From an uncultured candidate division Zixibacteria bacterium (lineage in GTDB: Bacteria > Zixibacteria > MSB-5A5 > RBG-16-43-9), in contig OY970208.1 of NCBI GenBank assembly GCA_963713865.1, positions 1,251,422-1,315,421 on the forward strand: a stretch of 64,000 bases of DNA. The letters run 5' to 3'. Each line of letters starts with the position of its first letter. Within the stretch, counting starts at the first letter, position 1. Below are positions 40,000 to 49,823 of this stretch, piece after piece. A program made the translations under genes and the position numbers. The notes under the pieces were generated by a model. It searched no databases, had not been told where the DNA came from, and saw nothing but the letters and a program-made list of their open reading frames with translations.

Positions 40000-41550
40000 C
40001 TAAAGACACGGTGCCGGTCCACCTTTGAAAAGATAATTGATTAAATAGACTATATCGCTAACAGTTACTTTGCTATCACAATTAAGATCCGCAGATGGTA
40101 ACGGAACTGGTGCTGGCCCTCCTTTAAATAAATAATTTATCATATAAACCACATCCGAGACGGTTACCGAGCCATCACTATTAGCATCACCTCGCAGGGC
40201 ATCGATCTGCAAATACTTGATGGTTGTGTAGTCACTTGAGGTTCCAGTGCCCTGGCTCTCACCAGTTACATAGACATTACCAGAGTCATCTACGGTTATA
40301 GCCCTGGCAGTTTCCTGAGAGTTCACTGGTCCATTATATCTGGCTACCCAGAGCTGGTTACCATCCGGATCATACTTTACTGTGGCAAAATCATCCGCTT
40401 TCAAATCAGCATCGTCACTCGATCCGGTCACATAAACATTGCCAAAGCTATCCACGGCTAAAGCATAAGCCACATCGCAGCCATCCAGCCAGGAGTGGTA
40501 TCTTGCTGCCCAGAGCTCGTTCCCTTCCTGGTCGTATTTTACGGTGGCATAGTCGAAAAGGGTATTACTCATGCGGGTCCATCCGGTTACCCACGCATTC
40601 CCCCAACCATCTGCGGCTATAGCTAGAGCAGATGCGCCAGGGTCATTGCCCGGCTCACCACAATACCTTCTAATCCAGAGCTCGTTTCCGCTGGAATCAT
40701 ACTTCACAGTTGCATACTCATTTAAGGTCTCGATACCTGCACTTCCTCCAGTCACATAGACATTGCCAGAACTATCTAAAGCCAAAGCATAAGCCACATC
40801 ACTTCCACCTTTAGGTCCATTGTATCTTCGCACCCAGAGCTCATTTCCCTCCAGGTCATATTTTAGAGTTGCGTAATCCGCAATTGTTACGCCGCTATTA
40901 CTTCCTCCGGATACATAGATATTTCCGAAATTATCTACTGCGATTGCATTGGCCTCATCTCCCCCGTTACCGGACCCGTTATACCTTTTTACCCAGAGCT
41001 CGTTTCCATTTATATCATATTTCACGGTTGCATAGTCTTTGTTGGTTACACTGCTGAAACTATATCCGGTCACATAGACATTCCCGGAATCATCTACCGC
41101 TATATCTGATGCTCGATCATCCGAGCTTTCTGGTCCGTTGTACCTTTTTACCCAGGCAGTCTCCCCGTCGGGATAATACTTGAGGGTGACATAGTCGAAG
41201 TCACTGCTACTGATTTGACTATATCCAGTTACATAGACATTCCCTGTGCCATCCATTGCCAGGGCAGCTGCTACATCTGAAGAATCTATAGGTCCATTGT
41301 ACCTTCTTACCCAGGCAGTCTCCCCATCGGGATAATATTTAAGGGTGGTATAGTCCCAACCTGTCCCATTCCCCAGGCTCTGTCCGGTTACGTAAACATT
41401 ACCTGAATCGTCTACTGCTATAGCTATAGCAATATCTTGCGAGTTTCCTGGACCATTGTATCTTCTTACCCAGGCGGTGTCTGCAAAATCAGCAAAGAGG
41501 GGTGAAGTAAAAAGAAAGATAAAAAGGAAAGTTAAAAATGCTCTGGTCAG
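40000..41550 (-). CDS. SBBP beta-propeller repeat protein with dockerin-like C-terminus; probable CTG start
   Basis: Repeated AVD.SGNVYVTG...DYAT.KY...WV.RYNG; frame open beyond the track start (41256) to CTG at 41550, encoding a signal peptide. Confidence 0.82.
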   Translation of the reverse strand: MTRAFLTFLFIFLFTSPLFADFADTAWVRRYNGPGNSQDIAIAIAVDDSGNVYVTGQSLGNGTGWDYTTLKYYPDGETAWVRRYNGPIDSSDVAAALAMDGTGNVYVTGYSQISSSDFDYVTLKYYPDGETAWVKRYNGPESSDDRASDIAVDDSGNVYVTGYSFSSVTNKDYATVKYDINGNELWVKRYNGSGNGGDEANAIAVDNFGNIYVSGGSNSGVTIADYATLKYDLEGNELWVRRYNGPKGGSDVAYALALDSSGNVYVTGGSAGIETLNEYATVKYDSSGNELWIRRYCGEPGNDPGASALAIAADGWGNAWVTGWTRMSNTLFDYATVKYDQEGNELWAARYHSWLDGCDVAYALAVDSFGNVYVTGSSDDADLKADDFATVKYDPDGNQLWVARYNGPVNSQETARAITVDDSGNVYVTGESQGTGTSSDYTTIKYLQIDALRGDANSDGSVTVSDVVYMINYLFKGGPAPVPLPSADLNCDSKVTVSDIVYLINYLFKGGPAPCL

Positions 41551-42017
41551 AAGTCCTCACATTTCAAAAGAGCATCTTGATTCGCTGCTTCAGGATTAAT
41601 ATAAATAATTCTTAAATTTTGACAAGATGTTTTTACAAAGCGAGAAGTGAGAAAAAAGGTTCAATTCTTTGACTGGACCAGGATCTGATAGCGTTGTATA
41701 CCCAAACTTGTTTGGGGATGGCACGCTTCATCCCCATATTTAATGACCTCACCCTCGCCTTCTCCTGTCCTACGGTGGCTACGAGCCAGCCCGCCCGTAA
41801 GGCGCCAGACGCAGTCTCCATTTCTCGGACGAGAAGAGGGGATAAAGAGAACAGACAAGATGTCTGTTACGCCTATCAAGGGAGAAGAGATTAGTTTTTA
41901 CAGAAAAGCTATTGGTTTTAAAGTAAAAAAGAAAGGAAGAAGGGGGATGAAAGGCTAAAGGCTATAGACTAAAGTCTAAAGTCGAAAAGCAAAAAACCAA
42001 TAGCGAATAGCGAACTT

Positions 42018-43443
42018 ATGCAAAAATTAATCGATACGGTTAGCGCTTATTATGGGAGCGGGATTCAGACCCAGAATAAACTCTTTATAGTTTCTTCCGG
42101 GCAGTATAAAGGGAGGGTGATTTTAATTTATCCTCTGAATGCAGGCACAATCGTCTACAGATGGGCTGAGCCTCCATATATATCTTGGTCTTCACCAGTA
42201 AATATAGTTGCCAATTCTGGGGATTTCCCCTGTTCTGGTTTTATGGATTCATCTGGTAATCTTTACCTCACTTACACCGTGCAGACCAGTTTGGCTTTAG
42301 CGATGGTTAAGCTTTCCTTCACCAATGGTTCCTGGTCGATTGGAGCAGTAAGGAACGTCTGCACAGTGGAAAGTAATTATTATCCTTCTATACTTAAAGA
42401 TTCGATTAACAGGTTGTGGATCTCTTGGAGCTATTATGATTCAGTAACGGGGAGGTATTCGGTGCATGCCAAATCCTCCACCGATGACGGGATAACCTGG
42501 GGAACAGGGGAGACTGACCCGGGTGAGGCTTTAACCTCTGACAGTGCAAGCTGTTCTTCTCAATTGATTTTTCAATCACCTTATATCAGATGTTTTTATT
42601 CTGATGACGGGAATACCTTAGCTTACCGTTCCTTTGAGCTTTTCGGTGGAGTTCTGGTCTTCTGCAGTTCTGGTTTATTCAGGGTCTAATATTCAGGATG
42701 ATTTTCAGATTTCTCTTTCTACAGACAATAAATTGGGGATTGTTTTTCCAGGGAGTTCTTCTCTTTTGTACCGGGAGTATGATGGAGCCTCCTGGAGTGG
42801 AGCATCTCCAGTGGATTCTGGTTTACCCATCAGTCCGGCAATAAAATTTTTCGAAAATACACCTTATGTTTTTTACGGGAAGAATATGGGAGCGAATCAG
42901 AATCAGCTTTTCTACTCTTATAAGTCCGGAAGCTCTTTTACTACTCCGGCTCCTCTGGTTGATGGGGCAAAGGTTCTGGATAAAGTTTTCTGCTATGATA
43001 ATTCTGCAACTAATAAATATTATGACAGGACCACAGAAGCAGTAAATACTACTCCTGCAGATATTTTTCATCCAACCTCTAATAGTTTAATCCGGGATAT
43101 AGATGATGTCTTCTACCTGGGGATGGATGAGAAATTCAATCAGGTAAAAGTCATTTTGTCAACAGCTGGGATAGGGGGACAGGTGGTATGGGAATACTGG
43201 AATGGTTTTGAATGGAAAAGCTTTACACCTTATTCTGGAGTTTATCATTTAGATTCGGGTAATAAACTGGTTATTCTGTGGCAGGATTTGTTTTCTGTCC
43301 CTTCTGACTGGCAGCAGTGCGGGGTGAATAACTCGACTGAGTTCTGGATTAGAGCCAGGGTTACTACTGCATATACTACTGTGCCGGTCGGAACGCAGAT
43401 TACGACAGTACCGGAAAACAAATACTTAATAGTGGTTCAATAG
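42018..43443 (+). CDS. beta-rich hypothetical protein (BNR/Asp-box-like) in the phage-like cluster, +1 frameshift at ~42652
   Basis: SSTDDGITW Asp-box; WEYWNGFEW; two track ORFs join on removing one T. Confidence 0.6.
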
Positions 43444-43528
43444 TTCAAAAGTTCAATCTGCCAAAGGTAGAGAAAGAAAACCTCACCCCATCCCTCTTCT
43501 TAATATTAAGGAGAGGAAAAAAAATAAT

Positions 43529-43561
43529 AAAAAACCCTCCTGCAGATCTGCGGGAGGGTTG
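43529..43561 (-). terminator. rho-independent terminator of the csp gene
   Basis: AACCCTCCCGCAGATCTGCAGGAGGGTT hairpin followed by a T run on the - strand. Confidence 0.7.
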
Positions 43562-43583
43562 ATAATGCGGTCAAATATATTTT

Positions 43584-43802
43584 TTATAATTTAACTACAT
43601 TAATTGCCTGTGGTCCTTTGGGTCCCTGAGTTGTCTCGAAGCTGACCTCATCTCCATCATTCAGGGATTTAAATCCATCACCCTGAAGAGACGAATAATG
43701 CACAAAGACATCTTTGCTGCCATCGTTTGGAGAAATAAAGCCATAGCCCTTTGATTCATTAAACCACTTTACTTTACCTTCTGCCAATTCCTTTTTCACC
43801 AC
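43584..43802 (-). CDS. cspA: cold-shock protein
   Basis: [29 protein letters not shown]. Confidence 0.93.
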   Translation of the reverse strand: MVKKELAEGKVKWFNESKGYGFISPNDGSKDVFVHYSSLQGDGFKSLNDGDEVSFETTQGPKGPQAINVVKL

Positions 43803-44021
43803 CTTTCATCCGAATAACGTTAAAACAAAAAACCACGAAATCCACTAAACCTTGAGTTTTCGTGGTCACTATAATTATAATCTAATAAATCGAAACTTTC
43901 CTTTTTCAAAACCTTCACTTCATATTATACGTCAAAAAAATCGTTTTGTCAAACAAAATTTTTGTAAACATAAATTATTACTGATATCGACAAAAACTGA
44001 GGTGAGCTTTAATATCCATTT

Positions 44022-45566
44022 TCAGCAACTTGGTGGGGGGCCACCTTTGAAAAGATAGTTGATTAAAAAGACTACATCGGAGATTGAGGGTTTTCCATCG
44101 TAGTTGCAGTCAGCAGAGATAAGAGGATCTGGAGGTGCTCCTCCTTTGAAAAGATAGTTTATAAGATAAACGACATCAGCGATAGAGACTTTTCCATCCT
44201 GATTTACATCTCCACGATAAAAAACAATATGATTATATTTAATGGTTACATAATCAAATTTTGTTTCACTCTGGTAGCTTTGACCAGTTACAAAAACGTT
44301 ACCTGAATTGTCTACTGCTATAGCAGTGGGTTTATCATCTTCTCCTCCATTATATCTATTTAACCATAGGAGGTTGCCTGCTGGATCATATTTCAGAGTG
44401 GCGAAATCAAAATCTGTTCCGTTGCCAAAACTTCCACCGGTGACATAGACATTGCACGAATCATCTATGGCTATGGCTGTAGCCTCGTCATTGCCATTTC
44501 CAGGTCCGTTATATCTTCTCACCCAGAGCTGGTTTCCACCTGGATCATACTTTATAGTGGCATAGTCAAAATAGGTTGAGCTGTCGTAACTTTTTCCGGT
44601 TAGATAGATATTACCAAACCGGTCCAGGGCTAAATCGGTTGCCTGGTCTTCAGAGTTGCTTGTTCCATTATATCTTCTCACCCAGGCCGTATCTCCATCA
44701 GGATAATATTTCAGGGTAACGTAATCGTTATCCATGAAGTTATCATAACTTGTTCCGGTAACAAAGATATTTCCAGAACCGTCTACCGCAATGGCACAGG
44801 CATCGTCGTCTGAATTCCCTGAACCATTATATCTTCTGAGCCAGGCGGTATCGCCGTTCGGGTAATATTTTATGGTGGCATAATCAAAGCCATTATCTCT
44901 GCTGGAGCTTAATCCCGTTAAGCAGAGATTACCCCAAGGATCAATACTTAAGTCTTTGGGATGGTCATAACCGTTTCCAGGTCCGTTGTATCTTCTTAAC
45001 CAGGCTGTTTCACCATCAGGATAATATTTAAAAGTAGCATAGTCATCAAAAGTAACAAGATCCCAGCTATGTCCGGTTACATAGATATTCCCTGAAGAAT
45101 CAACGGTTATGGCGGTTGCAGCATCATCGTGGTTTGTTACCGGACCAGGGTATCTTCTTACCCAGGTGGTCTCTCCATCTGGCTGATATTTTATGGTGGT
45201 ATAGTCAAAGTTATAGAATGTGCCTATTCCCACACTCCAGCCAGTTACATATAAATTTCCTGATTTGTCCAGAGCTAAGGCAGTTGCCCCGTCATCGTAA
45301 TTTCCTGTGCCATTATATCGTTTTAGCCAGGCAAGTTCTCCATCCGAGTAATATTTCAGAGTAGCATAATCATATCCTGTGTTGTAGCTAAAGCTCTGAC
45401 CGGTAACATAGACATTTCCAGAATCGTCTAAAGTCAGGGCTGAAGGAAAATCATTAAGGTCTGCTGATCCGTTGTATCTTTTAACCCAGATAGTGTCGAC
45501 TTCCTGGCAAAGGAGAATTAGAGGTATATTGAGAAGCAAAAAAAGAGCTAAGAGAAATTTTCTCAT
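44022..45566 (-). CDS. SBBP beta-propeller repeat protein with dockerin-like C-terminus
   Basis: Signal peptide, repeated SBBP units, paired dockerin-like repeats; paralog of 40000-41550. Confidence 0.85.
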   Translation of the reverse strand: MRKFLLALFLLLNIPLILLCQEVDTIWVKRYNGSADLNDFPSALTLDDSGNVYVTGQSFSYNTGYDYATLKYYSDGELAWLKRYNGTGNYDDGATALALDKSGNLYVTGWSVGIGTFYNFDYTTIKYQPDGETTWVRRYPGPVTNHDDAATAITVDSSGNIYVTGHSWDLVTFDDYATFKYYPDGETAWLRRYNGPGNGYDHPKDLSIDPWGNLCLTGLSSSRDNGFDYATIKYYPNGDTAWLRRYNGSGNSDDDACAIAVDGSGNIFVTGTSYDNFMDNDYVTLKYYPDGDTAWVRRYNGTSNSEDQATDLALDRFGNIYLTGKSYDSSTYFDYATIKYDPGGNQLWVRRYNGPGNGNDEATAIAIDDSCNVYVTGGSFGNGTDFDFATLKYDPAGNLLWLNRYNGGEDDKPTAIAVDNSGNVFVTGQSYQSETKFDYVTIKYNHIVFYRGDVNQDGKVSIADVVYLINYLFKGGAPPDPLISADCNYDGKPSISDVVFLINYLFKGGPPPSC

Positions 45567-46084
45567 AAGGTAATCCCGGTTTAGCCTGTCAGGTCAGTCC
45601 GCCTTAGGCGGATGACAAGCACTGGAATAAAGGTACTCCTACATTTAATATACGTCCATTTCTTGTTTCGACAAGAAAGATAGTTAAATAAAGGGTTCAA
45701 GAGTTCAAGGGATGAAGGGAGTAAATAGAGGATGAAGTAAGGTAAAAATGTGAGCGTTATTCGGGTAGCATGAACGTGGGTAAAAACAAAAGGAAGATGG
45801 AGGATAGAAAACAAAAAAATGACAAATGATAAGGAAAAAAATTCAGGGATAAGCCCTAACGTCACAAAAATCTAAAAAAAACAGACAAGATGTCTGTTCC
45901 ACCGATTTTCACAAAAAATATGGGGGTTACCAACTTGGAACAACAGAATTGCTATTGGTTTTAAGGTGAAAGGGAATAAGAAAAGGAAGATGGAAGACGT
46001 AAGACGAAAAATAAATACTTAAAAATTAAAAGCAAATAGCCAAAAACCAATAATAGCCAACGGTGAACAGCAAGGTGCAAAATT

Positions 46085-46921
46085 ATGAGTTTTACTAACA
46101 TCTCTTTAGTTAAAAAGCATATCTCCGAGCATCGTCTGGGGATTTCTGAGATGGAAAACCATCCCTGTCATCTTTCGGGGGATTCTCCAGTTAAGCTTCC
46201 GGATTCTAATGTCCAGGTTGGCTCAGAGAAGATTAAAGGTAAGGAGATTTTATCTCCGGTTCAGGAGGGGGTAAGTTTTTTATCCGGGGACACAATTCAG
46301 CTTTTACATTCGGAGTTGATTTTAGATACAGTGGTCGTTACCTCAGACTCATCCTTAGGGAAAATCTACGTGGAGAATATCGATTATTCGATAGATTATG
46401 AGAATGGAAAATTGACCCGGATTTCAAGCGGCTCAATTTCAGCTCTGTCTTCAGTGGTTATTTTTTACCTCTATTACCGGGTTTATCAAAAAGATATAGA
46501 TTACAAACTCGATTTTCAGAAAGGTGAGCTTACCCGAATTGCCAGCGGAGCGATAGAGGATGGGCAATGGGTTCTTTTAGATTACAAGGTGGAATACGGG
46601 TTTTTAAATGATGAAACTATTGCCCAGGCGATGGCGGAGGCAAATGAGAGGATTTTGAAATTCATCGACCCTTCTTATTATGAATCTGAAGATCAAGGAC
46701 TGGTTATTGCAGAGACCTGTCTTTCAGTATCAATCCTCTGTGACATTAAGGCCGTTGAGGTTCTAAATTTCAATATCTATGGAGCCAATGCCCAGCTTTT
46801 ATCCAGGTCCTGGAATACGATGGCTGAGGTTTACTCCAAAAAGGCATATCTAATCCTGAGCAATTTTGCCAAGCCGGGTTCTTCACTGATTGCACCTAAA
46901 GCGGTAAAAAGTGAAAATTAA
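46085..46921 (+). CDS. putative head-tail adaptor with duplicated inserted beta domain
   Basis: Helical N- and C-termini (TNISLVKKHI; LNDETIAQAMAEANERI) flank two Y....DY..D...G.LTRI.SG.I repeats. Confidence 0.5.
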   Translation: MSFTNISLVKKHISEHRLGISEMENHPCHLSGDSPVKLPDSNVQVGSEKIKGKEILSPVQEGVSFLSGDTIQLLHSELILDTVVVTSDSSLGKIYVENIDYSIDYENGKLTRISSGSISALSSVVIFYLYYRVYQKDIDYKLDFQKGELTRIASGAIEDGQWVLLDYKVEYGFLNDETIAQAMAEANERILKFIDPSYYESEDQGLVIAETCLSVSILCDIKAVEVLNFNIYGANAQLLSRSWNTMAEVYSKKAYLILSNFAKPGSSLIAPKAVKSEN

Positions 46922-46999
46922 GACGAAAGACGATGTAAGTTCAAAGGTTCAAATGTTTAAAATCAAAAGCAAATAGCTAACAGCTAAAAGCGGATCTAT

Positions 47000-47369
47000 A
47001 TGAACATCACATTAGATTATCTCAGGGGGAGAAGGGTCTGGCTAATTAAAAATTTTTGCGTCTGGGGAGAATATTCCGCAATTGATCTTCTTTTCGTTCA
47101 GACGGAGATAACAGAGTCTTCAAAGAGGGTCATTTTCAATAGAATTGGTCTGGGAGGAAAGGCTCAGGAGTCAAATTTTAGTACCCTGTATGATTATAAA
47201 GGGAATCAACTTCCACAGGAAATAGAGTCTCCTAAAATTTTAGTATTACCTAAGAATGATATCTTCTGTCTGGTGATAGAAGAATCGAAAACGAATTTTA
47301 AAATCGTTAAAGGGAATAACTCTTCTGAAAATGGTTCTGGTTGACCTTCTGATATTTGAGCTGGGATAA
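47000..47369 (+). CDS. hypothetical protein in the phage-like cluster, +1 frameshift at ~47335
   Basis: Track ORF ends 47344; removing one T gives C-terminus GLVDLLIFELG* ending 47369. Confidence 0.55.
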
Positions 47370-47502
47370 AAAATAGTGGTCAGTGATCAGTGATGAGAAA
47401 AGAAGAAAAAAAATAATAAAACGTAACCGTTGTTAGAATGTCATGAGTATAAATTGACCTCTCCCTTGCTCTCTCCTTAGAGAGGGGAGTTTAATATAAA
47501 AA

Positions 47503-47772
47503 ATGAGAAATAAAATAAATAAAAAGCAAAAAAAGAATAGGCAGAATTTTTCTGAATCGGAAAATCACAGTGAAGAAAAATTTTTAGAGGAGCTGATCTC
47601 CTGTGTTTTGAAAAAGCTGAAATCCGGGAAATATCAGGTGAAAGTGGCAGATGCTATCCGGGCTATAGAGCTAAAGCAGAAGATAAGATCAAAAGAGCCA
47701 AAGAAAAGTAAAGAAAAAATATTCTGGGAATTGATTGATCAAATAAGGAAAGAGGAGCTGCCGAAGGAATGA
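47503..47772 (+). CDS. small basic helical hypothetical protein
   Basis: 89-aa Lys/Glu-rich ORF; stop overlaps the next start (ATGA). Confidence 0.55.
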   Translation: MRNKINKKQKKNRQNFSESENHSEEKFLEELISCVLKKLKSGKYQVKVADAIRAIELKQKIRSKEPKKSKEKIFWELIDQIRKEELPKE

Positions 47773-49823
47773 AAAACAGTAGACAGCATATAGTAGGCAG
47801 TAGGCAGGGAAAGAAAGCAAACAGTAGACAGCATGCAGTCCGTCTGAGGCGAAGTATACGGTGGATAATATTTCTGATTTTTCCCCTATATGCTGTCTAT
47901 TGTTTACTGTCTACTTCTTATGCGGAGATAAACAACACCTTAGCTTATTCGGTTTCTCATACCCAATCGACTACCGCTAACCGTCTTGGTCTGGTGAGTG
48001 AAATTACGATCGCACAGACTATCCTAGCAACTACAGATGAGACCTGGTATGGGATTGTAGTTTATTTAGACCGGAATGGTTTTTCTTCCTCTACCGATTC
48101 GGTTAAGTTGAGGTTCAGAGAGAATGCAGTAGAATTTTGTAGCACGCCTGATACGAGTGCAGTTCCCAAACGGGATGTTTATGTCAAGGTTACAGATATT
48201 CCAGATGGCGATGCTACAAATAATACAATACCGCCGGATAGCGTTGCCAGGGGATATGCTATCTGGTTTATTTTCAATACTCCCGTTAGTGTATCTGCGG
48301 GGGTTTGCTACAATATCTTCTTAAATGGCCCCTATACAGATGCAAACAATCGGATAAACTGGTTTTACGGGACTAACGGTTATGTCAATGGTTCTTGTTG
48401 GTATCAGACCACTGGTTCCTGGACGAATTATAACTCTGATTTGGACTTCAGGGTAATTAAAGATAAATATGCTCTGATTGCAGTAAGAAGACTACCTTTT
48501 AATACGCGAGGCATATTGACTATTAATTCAGATATAGATAATTCGACAGTTGATTATCTGGATTCACTACATAAATGGCTCAATACCAGCCAGAATGTAG
48601 GTGGTTCCTGGGGAACTGGATTGAATGGTCAAATAGCAGGAAACGAAGTCTGGTTTGGAAGAGGCTCTTTAGCTGATTCTTTAGGGGTTTATTCTAAGGA
48701 AGTTCCTTTCTATTTTCACGGATTAGATACGACCTCAAATTTTTACAAAGATTCATTGGATAACTATATCTCACGCCGTTGGGCAGATGGTAACCATTCC
48801 TATGGTGATTGCGGCTGGGACGGGGCTGATCCCACTTGTATGGATTCTACTCACGTTAAGAAATTTTTAAACTATATGCTTAATCGCCCTTCTACTTTTG
48901 GCAAATTATATAAAGGTGGACTTTTTGTAAATCACGGCTCACAAAAGATAAATTTCGGAACTGCAGGTGATGTTAATTTTTTGGGCGATTCCTCTGGCAC
49001 GATTTATTATCACGCTAATAAGACTTGTGCTTCAGGTAGGTTTAAATTTATATGGAATTCTAATCTTACTGATCCGGGCACTTCTTTATCTCAAAGATTG
49101 TCTTATGATGATTGGCAGAATCAACTGGATTCGCTCAATATCACTGCTATACCTTTGTATGATCGCACTTTTAGAGATGGCACTAAATATTATGAATATA
49201 AAAGGGTAGGCAGATCTGCGGCAGCCAGGCCTGATTCTTTATATAAATTTTTCAACCAAACTGTCGCTAAAAAATGTTCTGATTCTAACTGGATTTCTGT
49301 AATCCATTGTCATCTGGGATATGAGGACGGATTAGACCAAGATGATAGAGATACTATAAAAGCAGTTTTCGATTCAGCATCAGCCTGGGATTTATGGATA
49401 CCATCTACCAAAGCACTTTTCAATCAGCAGGCGGCTTCTGCTTTTGCTCAGATTATAATTGATAGACCCACTGGCTCTAAGAGAAGAATAAATATAAAAA
49501 GTCTTTATGATTGGAGCTGGGGCTCACATGTGCCGGACAGGGAAGAGGTTTCTTATCTGACTTTTATAGCTTACGCACCTGAAAGTTTAATGATTACCAT
49601 CAACGGTTCAGCAGATACCCTATCTGATAGTATTATGGTAAATCAACAAGATGTTCCTACGGGTTATATAGCATCAGGTGACCGACTAAGGGCTATGTCC
49701 TGGGTGGGGATGTATAATCGGACTGCAGGCAGATTAGTAATATTGCCTTCAGAAGCACCATCTGCAGGACAAAAGAGAAATAGGGCAGCAGTTATAAAAC
49801 AACTTCTGGAGGATAATAAATGA
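47769..49823 (+). CDS. large secreted protein, possible polysaccharide deacetylase-like domain
   Basis: Signal peptide; TINSDID...NHSYGD...NHG...HCHLG possible metal-binding pattern. Confidence 0.5.
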   Translation: MKNSRQHIVGSRQGKKANSRQHAVRLRRSIRWIIFLIFPLYAVYCLLSTSYAEINNTLAYSVSHTQSTTANRLGLVSEITIAQTILATTDETWYGIVVYLDRNGFSSSTDSVKLRFRENAVEFCSTPDTSAVPKRDVYVKVTDIPDGDATNNTIPPDSVARGYAIWFIFNTPVSVSAGVCYNIFLNGPYTDANNRINWFYGTNGYVNGSCWYQTTGSWTNYNSDLDFRVIKDKYALIAVRRLPFNTRGILTINSDIDNSTVDYLDSLHKWLNTSQNVGGSWGTGLNGQIAGNEVWFGRGSLADSLGVYSKEVPFYFHGLDTTSNFYKDSLDNYISRRWADGNHSYGDCGWDGADPTCMDSTHVKKFLNYMLNRPSTFGKLYKGGLFVNHGSQKINFGTAGDVNFLGDSSGTIYYHANKTCASGRFKFIWNSNLTDPGTSLSQRLSYDDWQNQLDSLNITAIPLYDRTFRDGTKYYEYKRVGRSAAARPDSLYKFFNQTVAKKCSDSNWISVIHCHLGYEDGLDQDDRDTIKAVFDSASAWDLWIPSTKALFNQQAASAFAQIIIDRPTGSKRRINIKSLYDWSWGSHVPDREEVSYLTFIAYAPESLMITINGSADTLSDSIMVNQQDVPTGYIASGDRLRAMSWVGMYNRTAGRLVILPSEAPSAGQKRNRAAVIKQLLEDNK

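Noticed and set aside
41130-41480. Near-identical repeats as a diversity-generating retroelement TR/VR pair
   Set aside because: They are in-frame SBBP blade repeats, differences are not adenine-specific, and there is no reverse transcriptase
41849-41868. ACAGACAAGATGTCTGTT as a phage-module-specific operator (also at 45881)
   Set aside because: It is the reverse complement of a REP family also found at ~11303, 16386 and 31528 near host genes
45934-45954. Sigma-54 promoter TTGGAAC...TTGC
   Set aside because: GG-to-GC spacing is 12 nt, not the required 10
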